A model generated the notes under the pieces. The model was not told where the DNA came from. It saw only the letters and a program-made list of their open reading frames with translations, and did not search any database. A program made the translations under genes and the position numbers. Source: Macrostomum lignano (lineage: Eukaryota). Taken from it: a DNA stretch of 64,000 bases. How positions within the stretch are numbered: the stretch's first letter is position 1; each line of letters opens with the position of its first letter. The stretch is from contig NIVC01001811.1 in assembly GCA_002269645.1 (NCBI GenBank), positions 248,001 through 312,000 of the forward strand, written 5' to 3'. This document shows, piece after piece, positions 46,265 to 58,519 of the stretch.

Positions 46265-47465
46265 CTCTCCCTCCTTCCAGCCTCTCGATAATCTGTCTCT
46301 ACCTATAATACTCTCCATCTCAATGTCACACCCACCCCATCACCCTCTCTTCGCGTCTCTCACTCGTCTGTCTGCATCTCTCCATACACAATCTCTCCCT
46401 ATACTGTCTGCATCTATCATATCGCTACTTGCATCTCACTCTCTCCGCCCTCTTCCTCACCATGTCTCTCCTATTTGTCCTTCCAGCATTTGTCTACATT
46501 TCACACTATCCTTGTCCGCATCTATCCCTCTTATTTATTATGTCTAACCATTTCATATCTCTCCTCTCTTTGTCAACTGTGTGTCAAACCCGTTGTTAAA
46601 TCCAAAATTGTTTGATGTTGCTCGTCAAACACTACATGTATCCTCTATCCAGCCCACACCAGCTCAGTCAAATTCTTTCTTAGTTCGTCTACTAGTTGCG
46701 AACAAATTTTCTAATCAGCTTAGTTCTGTTAAAAGCGATCTGCTTAAGTGTATAATATTGTGTACATAATAGTATTACGAAGACATTTATGAAAATTATG
46801 AAGTCAAAACAAAGCTTGAATCAATTCCAATCAACATATTAAATTATTAGTCAATAATTTTCTCAGCACAAGTCGGCTGGATATATATATTGTAGATTGT
46901 GTGTTATGTTTACGAGAACTGCTATGAGACTGCGAAAACGAGAGACCAAATTGAGAATATGAAAGCTTTTTATTCAAAACATTTGTGTTAATATAACGAA
47001 AGCATACAGTTCGCTAGACAGGAGCCAGAACGCAGCACCATCTGGTCACTTGTGTGTACATATACAACTTATACTAATGCATATCATATGCAATGCATAG
47101 AAGCAGCAGCAACCAACAGGCTATCTAACTGATCTGCAGAAAACATCTAGTCATCTTGGCAGGCTTGCAGAACAGCTACTAATGCACAGAAGCAGCAGTT
47201 TCCTAACCAGTAAGCTGAGCCAAAGCATGTTAATTAATGCTTAAGATTATACAAATCTCAAATACGAGGGATAACATATGAGAGGAAGATTATACAGAAA
47301 AAGTTATTTGGAGGAAAATTTGTCTATACAAATGCCAATGTGTATATGCCTATACTATTTACTAAAAGACATGGATATACGCAAAAATATGCCTAAAAAT
47401 ATGTCTATATCTATGTATATACATAAAATATGCATATGCCTATGCCTATATATTATATATTATAC

Positions 47466-48110
47466 TCACATATATATCCATATTGCTAACGGTAGACTCG
47501 ATTGAAAGCCTGTAGCACCTGTTACAAATTTTCTGCCAATGGCATTGATCGAGATCAACGTCGCGCAGGCAATCGACCAGAGTCGGGCACTTCTAGCACA
47601 CGACCAGGCGTCGAACGACCGCGGATTGGACAACCGGTTGCGAAGAAGGCAGAACACAGAAACCGGAGCTAAAACGCAGCACCATCGGGTCGCCTGATCG
47701 TACGCGTCACGCCGGGAGATGCCGCGCACAGCACGAAGCCGCGCAGGCACTCGAGTAGTCGAGGAATCGACAGACAAGAATATATGATTTTTTTCTGCTC
47801 ACCGTCCGCCTGCTGCATACAGAGACTGTCCAGATGACTAAACCAATCAGTAGTGTGTGATAAATATACATTGGACAGTCAACAGAAAGCGGACAGCCAA
47901 CTGGACGAGAGCCTCAATTACTTCTAGCACACGACAAGGCGTTGAACGTTCGCGGATTGGACAACCGGTTGCGAAGTAGGCAGAACGAAAAAACCGGAGC
48001 CAAAAAGCGGCACCATCGGGTCGCCTGGTCGTACGCTACACGCCAGGAGATGCCGCCCGCGCACAGGACAAAGCCGCGCAGGCACTCGAATAGTCGAGGA
48101 ATCGACAGAC
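47466..48110 (-). pseudogene. Orphan family C, two tandem degenerate copies (related sequence at 50434-50760)
   Basis: 47560-47780 and 47925-48110 are duplicates. YDQATRWCCVLAP aligns with YDRVIRRCCGLAP at 50.7 kb. Confidence 0.4.
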
Positions 48111-48410
48111 AAATTTCATTGGACTACACGTATAATACATCGTGTTGCCCTCTGCAGACTCGACTTCAATGCTGTCGTCATTTGAGTGCATTGGACTACA
48201 CGTGTAATACGTCGTGTTGCCCTCTGCAAACTCGGCGTCAATGCTGTCGTCGCATACGTCGTCAATGTTGTTGTCGTCCAATATGACAGTGTCGCTGTCT
48301 GACAATGCATTATCGACACCGGCAGCATTATCAACAACAGTCATTGGTAGCGGGCAGTTGGTGGTCAATTCGGACTCGTCCAGGTCGCATTTCGGCTCAT
48401 ATTGGTGATG
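48110..48410 (-). pseudogene. Orphan family A copy 2, 3'-truncated
   Basis: YEPKCDLDESE...LSDSDTVILD...EGNTTYYTC aligns with copy 1. The 3' half is replaced by family C sequence. Confidence 0.65.
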
Positions 48411-49135
48411 CTATGTGGTGAGTTGTTTCAATTTGTTTAAAATAAGTATAAAAAGAAGCGTCTAAATTGGCTGACAGCACAACAAACAGTTGTTGGACTG
48501 AATTATTTATTAATTAGTTATATAGATTATCAAAAAGTTATCGAATCTAGATCAAAGTTTCTTTATCAAACGCAGACTGATGATAAGCAACAGATGCGAG
48601 CAAATTATAGTTTATGTCATTAGTCCATTAATTAATAGCATTCTAATTACAATATTTACGAAATCTACTGAGTACAGTATGCATAGTTGTTCTTACGCAC
48701 TTCAAATTGATTTAACGACAAAATGATTTAACGGATCATTCCAATGTACAATGATATATTTATAGAAACAAACCAACAAACATATTGTATTCAAAACGCA
48801 ACTCATATTTACATATTTAACGCATAATAAACAATGTCAAATAATATCAACCAATCAATCAATAAACCCGTCAATCAATCAACCAAGGTCTAATGTTAAA
48901 TCACAAACAATAGACTTAATTTATTGGATAATTCAAGTTCATACATTATTTATTAATTAGTCAATTAGTCAGTAAAGCAATCAATCAATTAATCAATCAA
49001 TCAATCAACCAATCAATCAGATTCACGACCTGGTCTGAACCGACAGCAGACTACAGCAGGGGCGCGCGCACGCTCGCGCGTCTGTATTGGCTCGGGTGAC
49101 CATCCATCCAACCGGCCATGTAGCTATCTAGCCAT

Positions 49136-49915
49136 CTAGTCGGTGGATCGACGAGAACGCCATCGACGATACAGTCGAGTCCAAGTGCGATTGCGACGAG
49201 GTCGACACATGTCCACCTGGCAGGCTACTGACCGCTTATCAGCGACAAAGCTGGACTCCTCTAGCAGATTGCAATCGGAGTCGTACAGCGATCCAGACGG
49301 GTCGGCTTGACTAATTGGGCTAGCCATCGACTCTTCGCCCGGCGGTGCACATTGATCGATGGCGCTCAGATGGATTGCTGCCTCGACCTCTTCGCATGCG
49401 GCAACAAGCTCCGCATCTGACATGTACATGTCATCAGCGGCGGCCGAATCTGCATCGCCAATGGTCGCATCAGTCGGCGGCTGTTCAACGTCATCATTGG
49501 CGGCGGCGGCGGCGGCAGTGGCGGCATCACTGTCGCTGCTGCACATAGAAGCATATTAAGCCGCTTCTAATGCGTCGCATTCTGCCAGTGTCTCTGCGTC
49601 GATCAAGTTGTCGATATTATCGTCATCATCATCGGCATCAAGATCGACGTTCGTGACACACTGGCGGCGTTCTTGACTGATGCACGAATAACGCCGCTCA
49701 CGACGCGAGTTGACCGGCATCGATGTCGCAGCAACGTCGGTCACAATCGCGTTTGCTGCGTACAAATCGCCGTCTAACCAGTGCATCGCTTCTTCGAGCT
49801 GCTCAGCCCAATCGACGCCTGCCGAATGCATTGCTGACACGGCGCGTCTGGTCTCGGCATACGATACAGACGCCCTCATCGATGTTTGCTGCGTTGTATG
49901 CTGTTGTTCTTCATC
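49136..49915 (-). pseudogene. Orphan family B copy 3, 5'-deleted, one premature TAA
   Basis: Same frame across the TAA at 49556; full conserved C-terminus. Confidence 0.72.
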
Positions 49916-50865
49916 TTGACTGAAACAGACTGTCGCTATAAATCATTTGCCTTGTCTGGTCGCAACCGGTTCCCTAATACAGTTGTCTATGGCAAATCTC
50001 GTTTCTTTCTACGTATAATTGTCTATGGTAGAAATGTACAAATCTATCGACTATTTTTATAGTTGATAATTTCTATCCAAAGAGCTGTTCTATTTTGCCT
50101 CGACTGTCGTTCGATCTCAATATTTCTGCCTGTATCTATCACTCACTCACTCACTCACTCACTCACTCACTCACTCACTCACTCACTCACTCACTCACTC
50201 ACTCACTCTATCCTGTTTCTACATACATCGCCTGCATCTCGTGTTTTTCCTTTCATCGTTGACTGCGTGCGTGCGTGCGTGTATGCGTGCGTGCATGTAT
50301 GCATTTCGTTATCCATCTACAGTTCTAGTCATCCATTCTCTTAATGGTAGCTAGTACAGCTAGTACAGCTACAGTTAGTACCGCTCAATACAGCTATCTG
50401 AGTAGTGAGTCTGGATATATGAGTCTATCTGCGGGACCGGAGCCAAACCGCAGCACCGTCGGGTCACCTGACACTTAGAGCGGTCGCGCACAACACGGCA
50501 CAGCTCAGCGGGCGCGAGTCGCGTGCCAGCGCCCTGTCAATACGCTCACAGGCTGGCATATATGGTCGGTCGCGAAGTGTCAGGTGTCGAAACCGTCCGC
50601 GGGTTGGACAGCCGGTTGGTCGCGATGTGTCGTCGTCAACAGTGCACACGAAGACGCGCGGGACCGGAGCCAAACCGCAGCACCGTCGGATCACCCGATC
50701 GTACACCATGCACCGGACAACTAGAGAGGCCACACAGTAAAGCGCAGCGCAGCGCACACGTTTCCGGTTACATGCCGTCAACTTGAAGGCCTGCACACAG
50801 GTGAATAATAATATGACAGATTTACTATGACAGATTGAATATTTAGATAACATGAATATACTAGC

Positions 50866-52186
50866 TTTCACATTTCTCGGCCAGCGCAGCGTTTCCTAAA
50901 AATAATTGAGGCTGTGACAGGTAAGTGGTTAAAGTTAGTGGGATAATGATAGTAGTAGGTAGTAGGTAGGTAGGTAGGTAGGTAGGTAGGTAGGTAGGTA
51001 GGTATGTAGGTAGACAAGTATATGTTTGGGTTAGGGTTAGGGTTAGGGTCAGATCGGGTCTTGTCATATTGGGTTAGTCAGTCAATAGGTATGTATTAGC
51101 GTGCGTTAGGCATTATTGGCATTATTGGCATTAGGCATTAGGCATTAGGCATGCATGCATGCTAGCTATATGACTGCTGGCTATATGGCTGGTTGTGGCA
51201 GTCAGTCAGTCAGTCAGTCAGTCAGCCAGTTGTACTACTATCGTTAGTTAGATTTGATTAACAGCAGTATTAACAACATACACAAACATAGACTAGCTAA
51301 CATAGATAGATTACCATAGACTAAAGTAGTACTCTAGTCGGCTACACTGTGTCAGCATCCGTCCGTTCTCTATCTATCTATCTATCCATCCATATGTGTC
51401 AAGTATATAGTGGGGATGGGGGGGAGGGGGGTAATAAATCAGCGGCGCCTCGCTATCAGTCAGCCAGGTTTGGCCATAGACAATTATTTGCATATACTCT
51501 GTCGTGGTCTCTGTAGTAGACGCGGCCGGCCTTCGTCTCCATTATATAATTAGGTTTATATTAAATAATACTAATATATGTAGTACGGTGTTAATTTATG
51601 TGTACGCACGTAGTATGTTACTATTCTAACTATTTATAGAATAGTGTTACTATAAATATTAAATACAGTCACTATTTATGGAAATATGCAACTATAAATA
51701 CATGCGGGTTCACCCCTAGAGATATAGAGGATTCGCTCACTCAATCACTGATTGATTCTATTACACATGTTAGTAGAATCGTCTATGTCTTATATCTCTA
51801 TGGGGTGAAACCGCATCTATTTATAGTTGCATAGTTCCATAAATAGTGACATTTATTAATATTTATAGTAACACTATTCTATACATAGTTAACAAACGAT
51901 TAATTATAGCATGCGCGCTTGCATTTACTATTGACGTCATTAATCATTAGCCAGTCAGCCAGCCAGTCATCAAGACGTGCGTACAGTCAGTCAGTCAGCA
52001 TATATACATGCAAAATAAAATATGCATTGTCTACTACTGAAAGAAGTAGCCTGCCTGAACGAACTACAATAATTCATTCATTCTCTACCCTCTCCCCCCC
52101 CACACTAACCCTAACCCTAACCCTAACACATGAAACAAACAAATTTTATTCTGGGGGACGCGCTGCGCTGACCGAGAAATGTGAAA
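50866..52186. mobile_element. Foldback-like element with 26-bp terminal inverted repeats, converging (TTAGGG)3 tracts and central 99-bp hairpin
   Basis: TTTCACATTTCTCGGYCAGCGCAGCG at 50866-50891 and inverted at 52161-52186. TTAGGG tract 51028-51048, CCCTAA tract 52105-52127, inverted arms 51628-51726 / 51791-51890. Confidence 0.6.
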
Positions 52187-52472
52187 TTTCTCTAAGTGTC
52201 AAAATTATTTTGACTTAGAAAATTTTCGCGCTGAAAATTTTTTTTATTCCATTTTGTCTAATGATGCTGTCTGTGGATAATTTATCTTGGCGGAGGGTTA
52301 GAGGGGCCCGTCCGTTGCTGTCTCAGGAGGTAACTTATCTTGTGGTAGCCTAATGCTTGTTGGTCTGCCTGCCTGCCAAATCTGTCTGGGGAATATTAGG
52401 TTGATTTCTTTCTTGGAAAATCTGTCTGGGGAAACTGCAAATTGTCTCTCTGCCTAATCTGTCTGAGGAATA

Positions 52473-53197
52473 TCAGGTTTGTGCAGTTATGACGCTCTCT
52501 TGTAGATTGATGTCATCCGAATGCACTATTATGCAATCATAATAGCTAGTGGAGATTCTCTCGTCCTCCTCTTCCATTTGTCGCGCGTATTGCCTACAAA
52601 TATCGCGCATATTAGCGTAGAATCTAAAATTATAGTGGCGATATAAAGGAATACATAAGTTTCGTAACATTTGTACACATGCATGTATAATAACATAACG
52701 ACAGATGTACATGATGTAAATGTACATTACCTCCAGGATGGCGAGCGTGCAGTGTTCTGTATATTTATTACTGACGCATACGGGTCACACTGTCTGTCGA
52801 GTGTGTTGACTGACTCGTCCCTGACAGCAACAAATCTGTCGTACCATCGACCAGCGTCGGTTGTTAATCGATCACGCTGACCGGTGGCTACTTGGATTTC
52901 GTCAGCCGCAAGATCGTAGTAGAGACCCATCGAGACCAGATTTAACTGTACGCGGATCTTATTTCGAGCTTCCGCTGTGATTTTACACATATGAAATGTG
53001 TGCCTGGAACAAGAGACATTTTTTATAATCGACATCAGTGTTGTCTTATAAATTATCGCATGTATAAATGTTATCACATGCCAAAAAATACATTTCTGAA
53101 TCAATTTGTATTACCAACGCGCTTACGTTATGCTCGTTCGCGTTCTGTTGCCAGCGGGATCTCTCTCGAAGACGATATTGTTGACCCGTTGCGCCAT
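52473..53197 (-). CDS. Orphan family E copy 1: intact three-exon gene, 164 aa (exons 53197-53127, 53003-52731, 52623-52473)
   Basis: Canonical GTAAGC..CAG (123 nt) and GTAATG..TAG (107 nt) phase-2 introns give a stop-free 495-nt frame. Confidence 0.75.
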
Positions 53198-53579
53198 TTA
53201 GGTGTGATGATTTGAGTTTAGTTTAATAATTGATTGATTGATTGAGTTAAATAGCTGAACTATTAACTATTTTAAACAGAGTTTATTTAAGAGTTAAATT
53301 TAGTGTAACTGAGAGAGCATGCTCAATGCTCAATCGGTCTCGCATACTTAACCAACAAGCGTAGACGTGCCATAGACATAATATCGTATACACAGCGTCT
53401 GTCTTGCTTGGCACATTCATTGGGCATCAGTCACGCTGAAAATGCAGATCAAGTGATCAACAAGATCATCTCCAGTGAACATTCTAGCGATTAGTGTTGG
53501 TACTCTCTCTGAACGGATTTGTCAAACTGAACAGATTGAATCTGACACCAGTTTTCATAACCGGGCCTGGTATCAGACT

Positions 53580-53824
53580 CTCCGACGTTTGCAGGCCCGA
53601 GAGCATCCCGCTGCTCGCCCGGTACCTCGGGACACGGGACGAGCTGATTTCTTCCCCACCGCCGGTGAGGAGGACCGCGCTGCAGGCGAGACCGACGGGT
53701 CCCCCTGAGCGACATCACTTCGATGGAAGTCTTTGGTCGCCAGGGGCTGGCGGAATGGGCGGTCCCCTCCGCCTCCTCGCTGCATCCGCCGGACGCCCCC
53801 TGCAGCTAAGTCAAAGTAAGTCAA
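53580..53824 (+). mobile_element. 245-bp 5'-truncated retroposed (LINE 3'-end-like) insertion
   Basis: 11-bp TSD GGTATCAGACT (53569-53579, 53825-53835); GC-rich body ending in an AAGTC-type short-repeat tail. Confidence 0.65.
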
Positions 53825-54338
53825 GGTATCAGACTGATTAAATCTGCATGCACCATCTCATATTTGGGTCTGTTATCGGTTGGCAGTGGATTATACATTA
53901 TGTATGATCTCATTATGTTTACTGATTGATCAGCCCACTGAGCTAACAATCAATACAATGGACAGTATTTTGATTATTCAATAGAATATGCAGCATTAAC
54001 CATTCACTTGTTGCTCAACTATTTATTTAACTCAATATTTAATTAATATTACCAAATTTATATTAAAAACGTATACCAACGATAAACTTAATTGTTTTGT
54101 AGATTAATAAATGTTCATACTTATGTCGTCGCTACCTATCAGTCGTCTCCCGTGGTACTACTAACAACATTTGTGACTTCGTCTTGTGCGTCATTGGCGT
54201 TGTTATTGCCCAAACCGATGCGTGACTCGAGTAGATTTACATAGCTGTTCGTCCATATCAATTAAAAATCTCGTGCGCTATGTAGATCATCTCGGCCTCT
54301 AATTACATCCATCATTTCAACTCGTGGATGATACGCAT

Positions 54339-54958
54339 CTAGGGCAGTTCAATCCAGGTCGATATCAATCCGACTGCTGCAGTCGCTGAGTTTACTCGAA
54401 TGCTGCAATACAGTCTGTAAATAAATAGTTGACAATTGCATAGGAATCAATTATTGACACAAACAGACACATTTGGTAATTGATCTGATCAGCCAGCCCT
54501 ACCTGATTCGATCGTGCCGAGTACCAACAGTTGCCGGATTGTTGATCATAGGTGGGCTCGTCTCGGTCACATTGGCGCCGGTGGATCTACACATATGATC
54601 GAAGATCTCACGCCAGCTTGATGCCTGAGTGGTAGCCCATTCAGCTATGTCCAACAATTGACGCATCTCAAGATCAGAGGCGACAAAGTTGTACGCATTA
54701 CCAGAGAGTAACAACAGGCGTTGCGCATCAACTGCATTGTACATAACATACAATGCGCGCCAGATAATAAACACAAATCTGTAACGGAATCGTTACAATA
54801 GTCTACATAATACACAATATACCGACTGTATATTGATTATAACAAATTGTACGGGAAATCGCAGTATCTAATAGCAGTACAGAACAAACTCACGTTATTG
54901 GTGTTTCTATGTAAACTCCGTCAGTATCACGTTCGACTACTTCAGGCAGCGACGACAT
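54339..54958 (-). CDS. Orphan family E copy 2: three exons (54958-54894, 54778-54503, 54414-54339); exon 3 possibly degenerate
   Basis: Same two phase-2 introns as copy 1. Exon 1 ends ERD..G....T.IT in both copies; exon 3 starts R(F/L)Y..(M/I)R. Confidence 0.62.
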
Positions 54959-55199
54959 TATGTGGAAATAAATTTGAAATTGTAAATATTTTATAGATTT
55001 TAACAGATTTTGCGAGTGAGCTTATAACCCATAAAGTATGTTCAATGTGTTGCGTGGCACGCGAGTTAATACAAGAGCAGATTAACAAATCCTATGTCTA
55101 TGGTATTAGTACAACATCGTTCATATCTATATATTAACTAGCGCTGTTTTATTGAGAAAGGTACACATTGTGTACTTTAAAAAGCTTTAACACGCGTAT

Positions 55200-55630
55200 C
55201 TGCTTCACACAGTTCTGTTTCAGGCAGCCACTCTTCACACAGTCCAACCGCAGACAACGCCGATTCACGCAACTCAAACCTCGCGTGACTATGATTCACA
55301 TAGGTTAATTTCATTCAGTTTTGTCTCATACTACTCAACAGATTCTGACGGCTCCGTTTCGCACAACTCAATGTTTGGCAGCTTGGCTTCACACAGCTCA
55401 AATTTGGGCAGCTTGGCTTCAAACAGCTCAATTTTGGGCAGCTTGGTTTCACACAACTCAATTTTACGCAGCTTGGCTTCAAACAGCTCAATTTTGGGCA
55501 GCTTGATTTCACACAACTCAATTCCGTTTGGATTTGTTTCACATGAGTCAATTTCGGATAGTTTCGTTTCACAGCACTGAACTCAATGTAGATTCGCTTC
55601 AAATGACTCAATTTCCATAAAGTTGTGTTT
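55200..55630. repeat. 30-bp minisatellite downstream of family D copy 1
   Basis: Unit GCAGCTTGGCTTCACACAGCTCAATTTTGG; related array at 62035-62420. Confidence 0.88.
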
Positions 55631-55775
55631 CACATAAATCAATGTGAATATTTTGATTAGACTTTATATTATCAACACTATAAAAATACAACGTTAAACA
55701 AAGTTATAAAAGAAGCGCGATTATTGTAATGTTATACTGTTTGATACTTAACAAAACAATGGCAGATGGTGGTAC

Positions 55776-56232
55776 TTAATCGGCTCTACTACGATCATTA
55801 GTGGTGTTGTGCCCTTGACGATTTAGGCGTCTTGTGATCCTGTTCGCCAAAACTCTCGCTGTTCTTTGTAGAGCATTGGCTTGATCGTTCGCGTTGCGAG
55901 ACGCGACAGCCTCTTCGTCTGTGTCTACGCCTGACGAGATTACGATTGGCGCAGACTGGGTACCAACTAAATCAGACTCTGAGTCTGATGACACTAGTAG
56001 CACGGTAGATTGCGAATCTGATCGATTCCGAGTCGCGGCCACTGTGTTCAGATTGTGCTCAATGCTACGAGACTCACCGCGATGCTCTAGGTGTTCTTGT
56101 CTAGTTGGATGTTGTAGTACAACATGCGGCGACTGCGCACCTTCGCGTTGGTTTGCATCGGCTTGTTGTGTAGACGCTCGCTGAACTTGCAGACTCTTCG
56201 CCAGCAGATGCCGATTCTAACCATCTGTCCAT
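55776..56232 (-). pseudogene. Orphan family D copy 1 (two SIM-like motifs); 5' frameshift
   Basis: TVLLVSSDSE and PIVISSGVDTDEE. Versus copy 2: 12 synonymous and 4 non-synonymous differences in a 39-codon stretch. Confidence 0.7.
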
Positions 56233-56662
56233 TGTGTTGTAAATATAATTAGATTTGAACGTGATTAGTTAACAGACAACCTGCGTAAATTAAATCAAAC
56301 GAATAGAATACTAGAATACACACCGACGAAATTGTATGTGGCAGTAATATTGAAAATATCAAAGTTAGACAATCTATGACATAGACTAATAGCCTGTGTA
56401 TAATGCGATGGATTTTTCTAGTTCAAATATATAAATAATAAAAAACATAATACAGTGTCGCCAATAGTTGTACTATTGTGAAGATATTATTAAAATACTG
56501 ATGTGAGTACGAGACATCCTCTATGGCCATTATATGCGTACAGGACAATGTAATCCTATAAATTTGGCAAGCGCATATGGTCAGACGCCAACTTGCTCAA
56601 TAATTTTAATCACAAGATTACACAACGATTAGCGTCAATCTAACTGTTTTATTGTTTTATTC

Positions 56663-57043
56663 TTAATATTGAATAATAGTATTATTATAACAACGACAAA
56701 TATGGACGTCCCGTGCTCGTTCGGCGGATGGAGACTGACGCAACCAGTCGCGCAGCTCGCCGAAGATGTCTAACAGATTTTGGATGTCTGCTGCTAGAGC
56801 TATCGAAGTGGGCTGCAGACCAGGGTTGTCACTTATCGTAGTCCCATCGTCATCCAGCAGGTCGCCGAGTTGTGCTACCTCTAGGCGAACCAATAGCGCT
56901 TGATGAACTGGCGCAAGTAAGATGACACTAGGACTACGCGGATATTCAGCACCAGTGTCGTCCCGTACATAATTGTCATTTGCGTCGGGCTCGTAGCCGC
57001 CATAAAAATGTACAGGAAAACCTGGTGGGATCCGTTCTGCCAT
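56663..57043 (-). CDS. Orphan ORF, 126 aa
   Basis: ATG preceded by a (TCAA)-rich leader like the neighbouring genes; GC-rich open frame in AT-rich context. Confidence 0.5.
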   Translation of the reverse strand: MAERIPPGFPVHFYGGYEPDANDNYVRDDTGAEYPRSPSVILLAPVHQALLVRLEVAQLGDLLDDDGTTISDNPGLQPTSIALAADIQNLLDIFGELRDWLRQSPSAERARDVHICRCYNNTIIQY

Positions 57044-57656
57044 GCTTGATCGGTCGTTTGATTGATTGAATATTTGATTGATAAATTGATGTTATACTCG
57101 TGTGCGTGCGAGACGAATAGTTTGTTCGTTTCTATACTAGTCAGTTTGTCTGCTTCTTTATAACCAAACGAAGTGAGAGACCCTAGACTATCGTTTAAAC
57201 TGTATCGTTCAGGCAATTACTGTGTACACGCACCGTCTGAGTTTATATTGCAATAGTTTCAGCAAATGCTCGTGCACAAGTGGTGTTGTCTATGATTACG
57301 AGCGTAACACGGCCGGGTACAACAACATTAACTGCGTAAATCACACCGTGACGTATCAAATATCGGTTATAATAACAAGTTTGGATTCGCACATCACCGC
57401 GTCTTTTTATATATAATCAAATTCGTATGCGCGTGCTGGCTCATATGCACATCTATAAACTATAAGTTTGGGCCATCAATTAGTCAAATGACCCCATTCT
57501 GTGCCGCAACTGTATCAACAACAACAGCAGTAGCAACAACAACAGTCAGCAACAGTAACTGCGGCAACGCATCGAGTAATCAGCAAGAGTAATTAGGCAC
57601 ACATATTTTAATACGAGCTAATAGATCGCATTATCGCATATTTAGTTACACCTCTT

Positions 57657-58230
57657 TTAACCGACTGATCGACTGACTGACTGTCTGACTAAGCTGACTG
57701 TCTGACTAGGCTGACTGACTGACTGACTGAGCTGACTGACTGACTGAGCTGACTGACTGACTGAGCTGACTGAGCTGACCGACTGAATGAGCTGACTGAC
57801 TGACTGACTGATTGATTGAGCTGACTGACTGATTGGCTGACTGACGGACTGAGCTGACTGACTGACCGACCGACTGACTGTGCTGACTGACTGTGTGACT
57901 GACCGACTCACTGTGCTGACTGAATGACTGACTGTGTTGACTGACTGATTGATTGAGCTGACTGACTGATTGGCTGACTGACGGACTGAGCTGACTGACT
58001 GACCGACCGACTGACTGTGCTGACTGACTGTCTGACTGACCGACTCACTGTGCTGACTGAATGACTGACTGTGTTGACTGACTGACAGACTGACTGACTG
58101 ACCCTATCTGACTGACTGACTCACTGACTGACTGGCTGACTGACTGACTGACTGACTGACTGACTGTGCTGACTGTACTGATTGACTGACTGACTGACTG
58201 ACTGATTGGCTGACTGACTGAGCCGACAAT
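57657..58230. repeat. Compound (GACT)n microsatellite with internal ~135-bp duplication
   Basis: CTGA-based repeats; 57820-57930 is repeated at 57955-58070. Confidence 0.92.
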
Positions 58231-58519
58231 CATTCAATTAACCAATTAATCAATCAATCAATCAATCAATCAATCGATCAATCATTCAATCATTGAATCA
58301 ATCAATTAACAAACCATTCAGCCAACAAATTAATGTTGTGGCTAGTACATAAACATAAATTATTACGTAGCATATAGGGAGACGATTATAAAACGATATA
58401 AAACAATTAATCGTATTATAAAGAAAATAAAAAAACAAGAAGATATCAAGCGCGATATTTTTTTAATTAGCAATCCAACAGTCACTCATTGCCGTTTGCC
58501 AAACAATTTAGTCTAACTA

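Noticed and set aside
51028-52127. True telomere or chromosome fusion site
   Set aside because: Only about three hexamers per side; kept only as part of the foldback structure.
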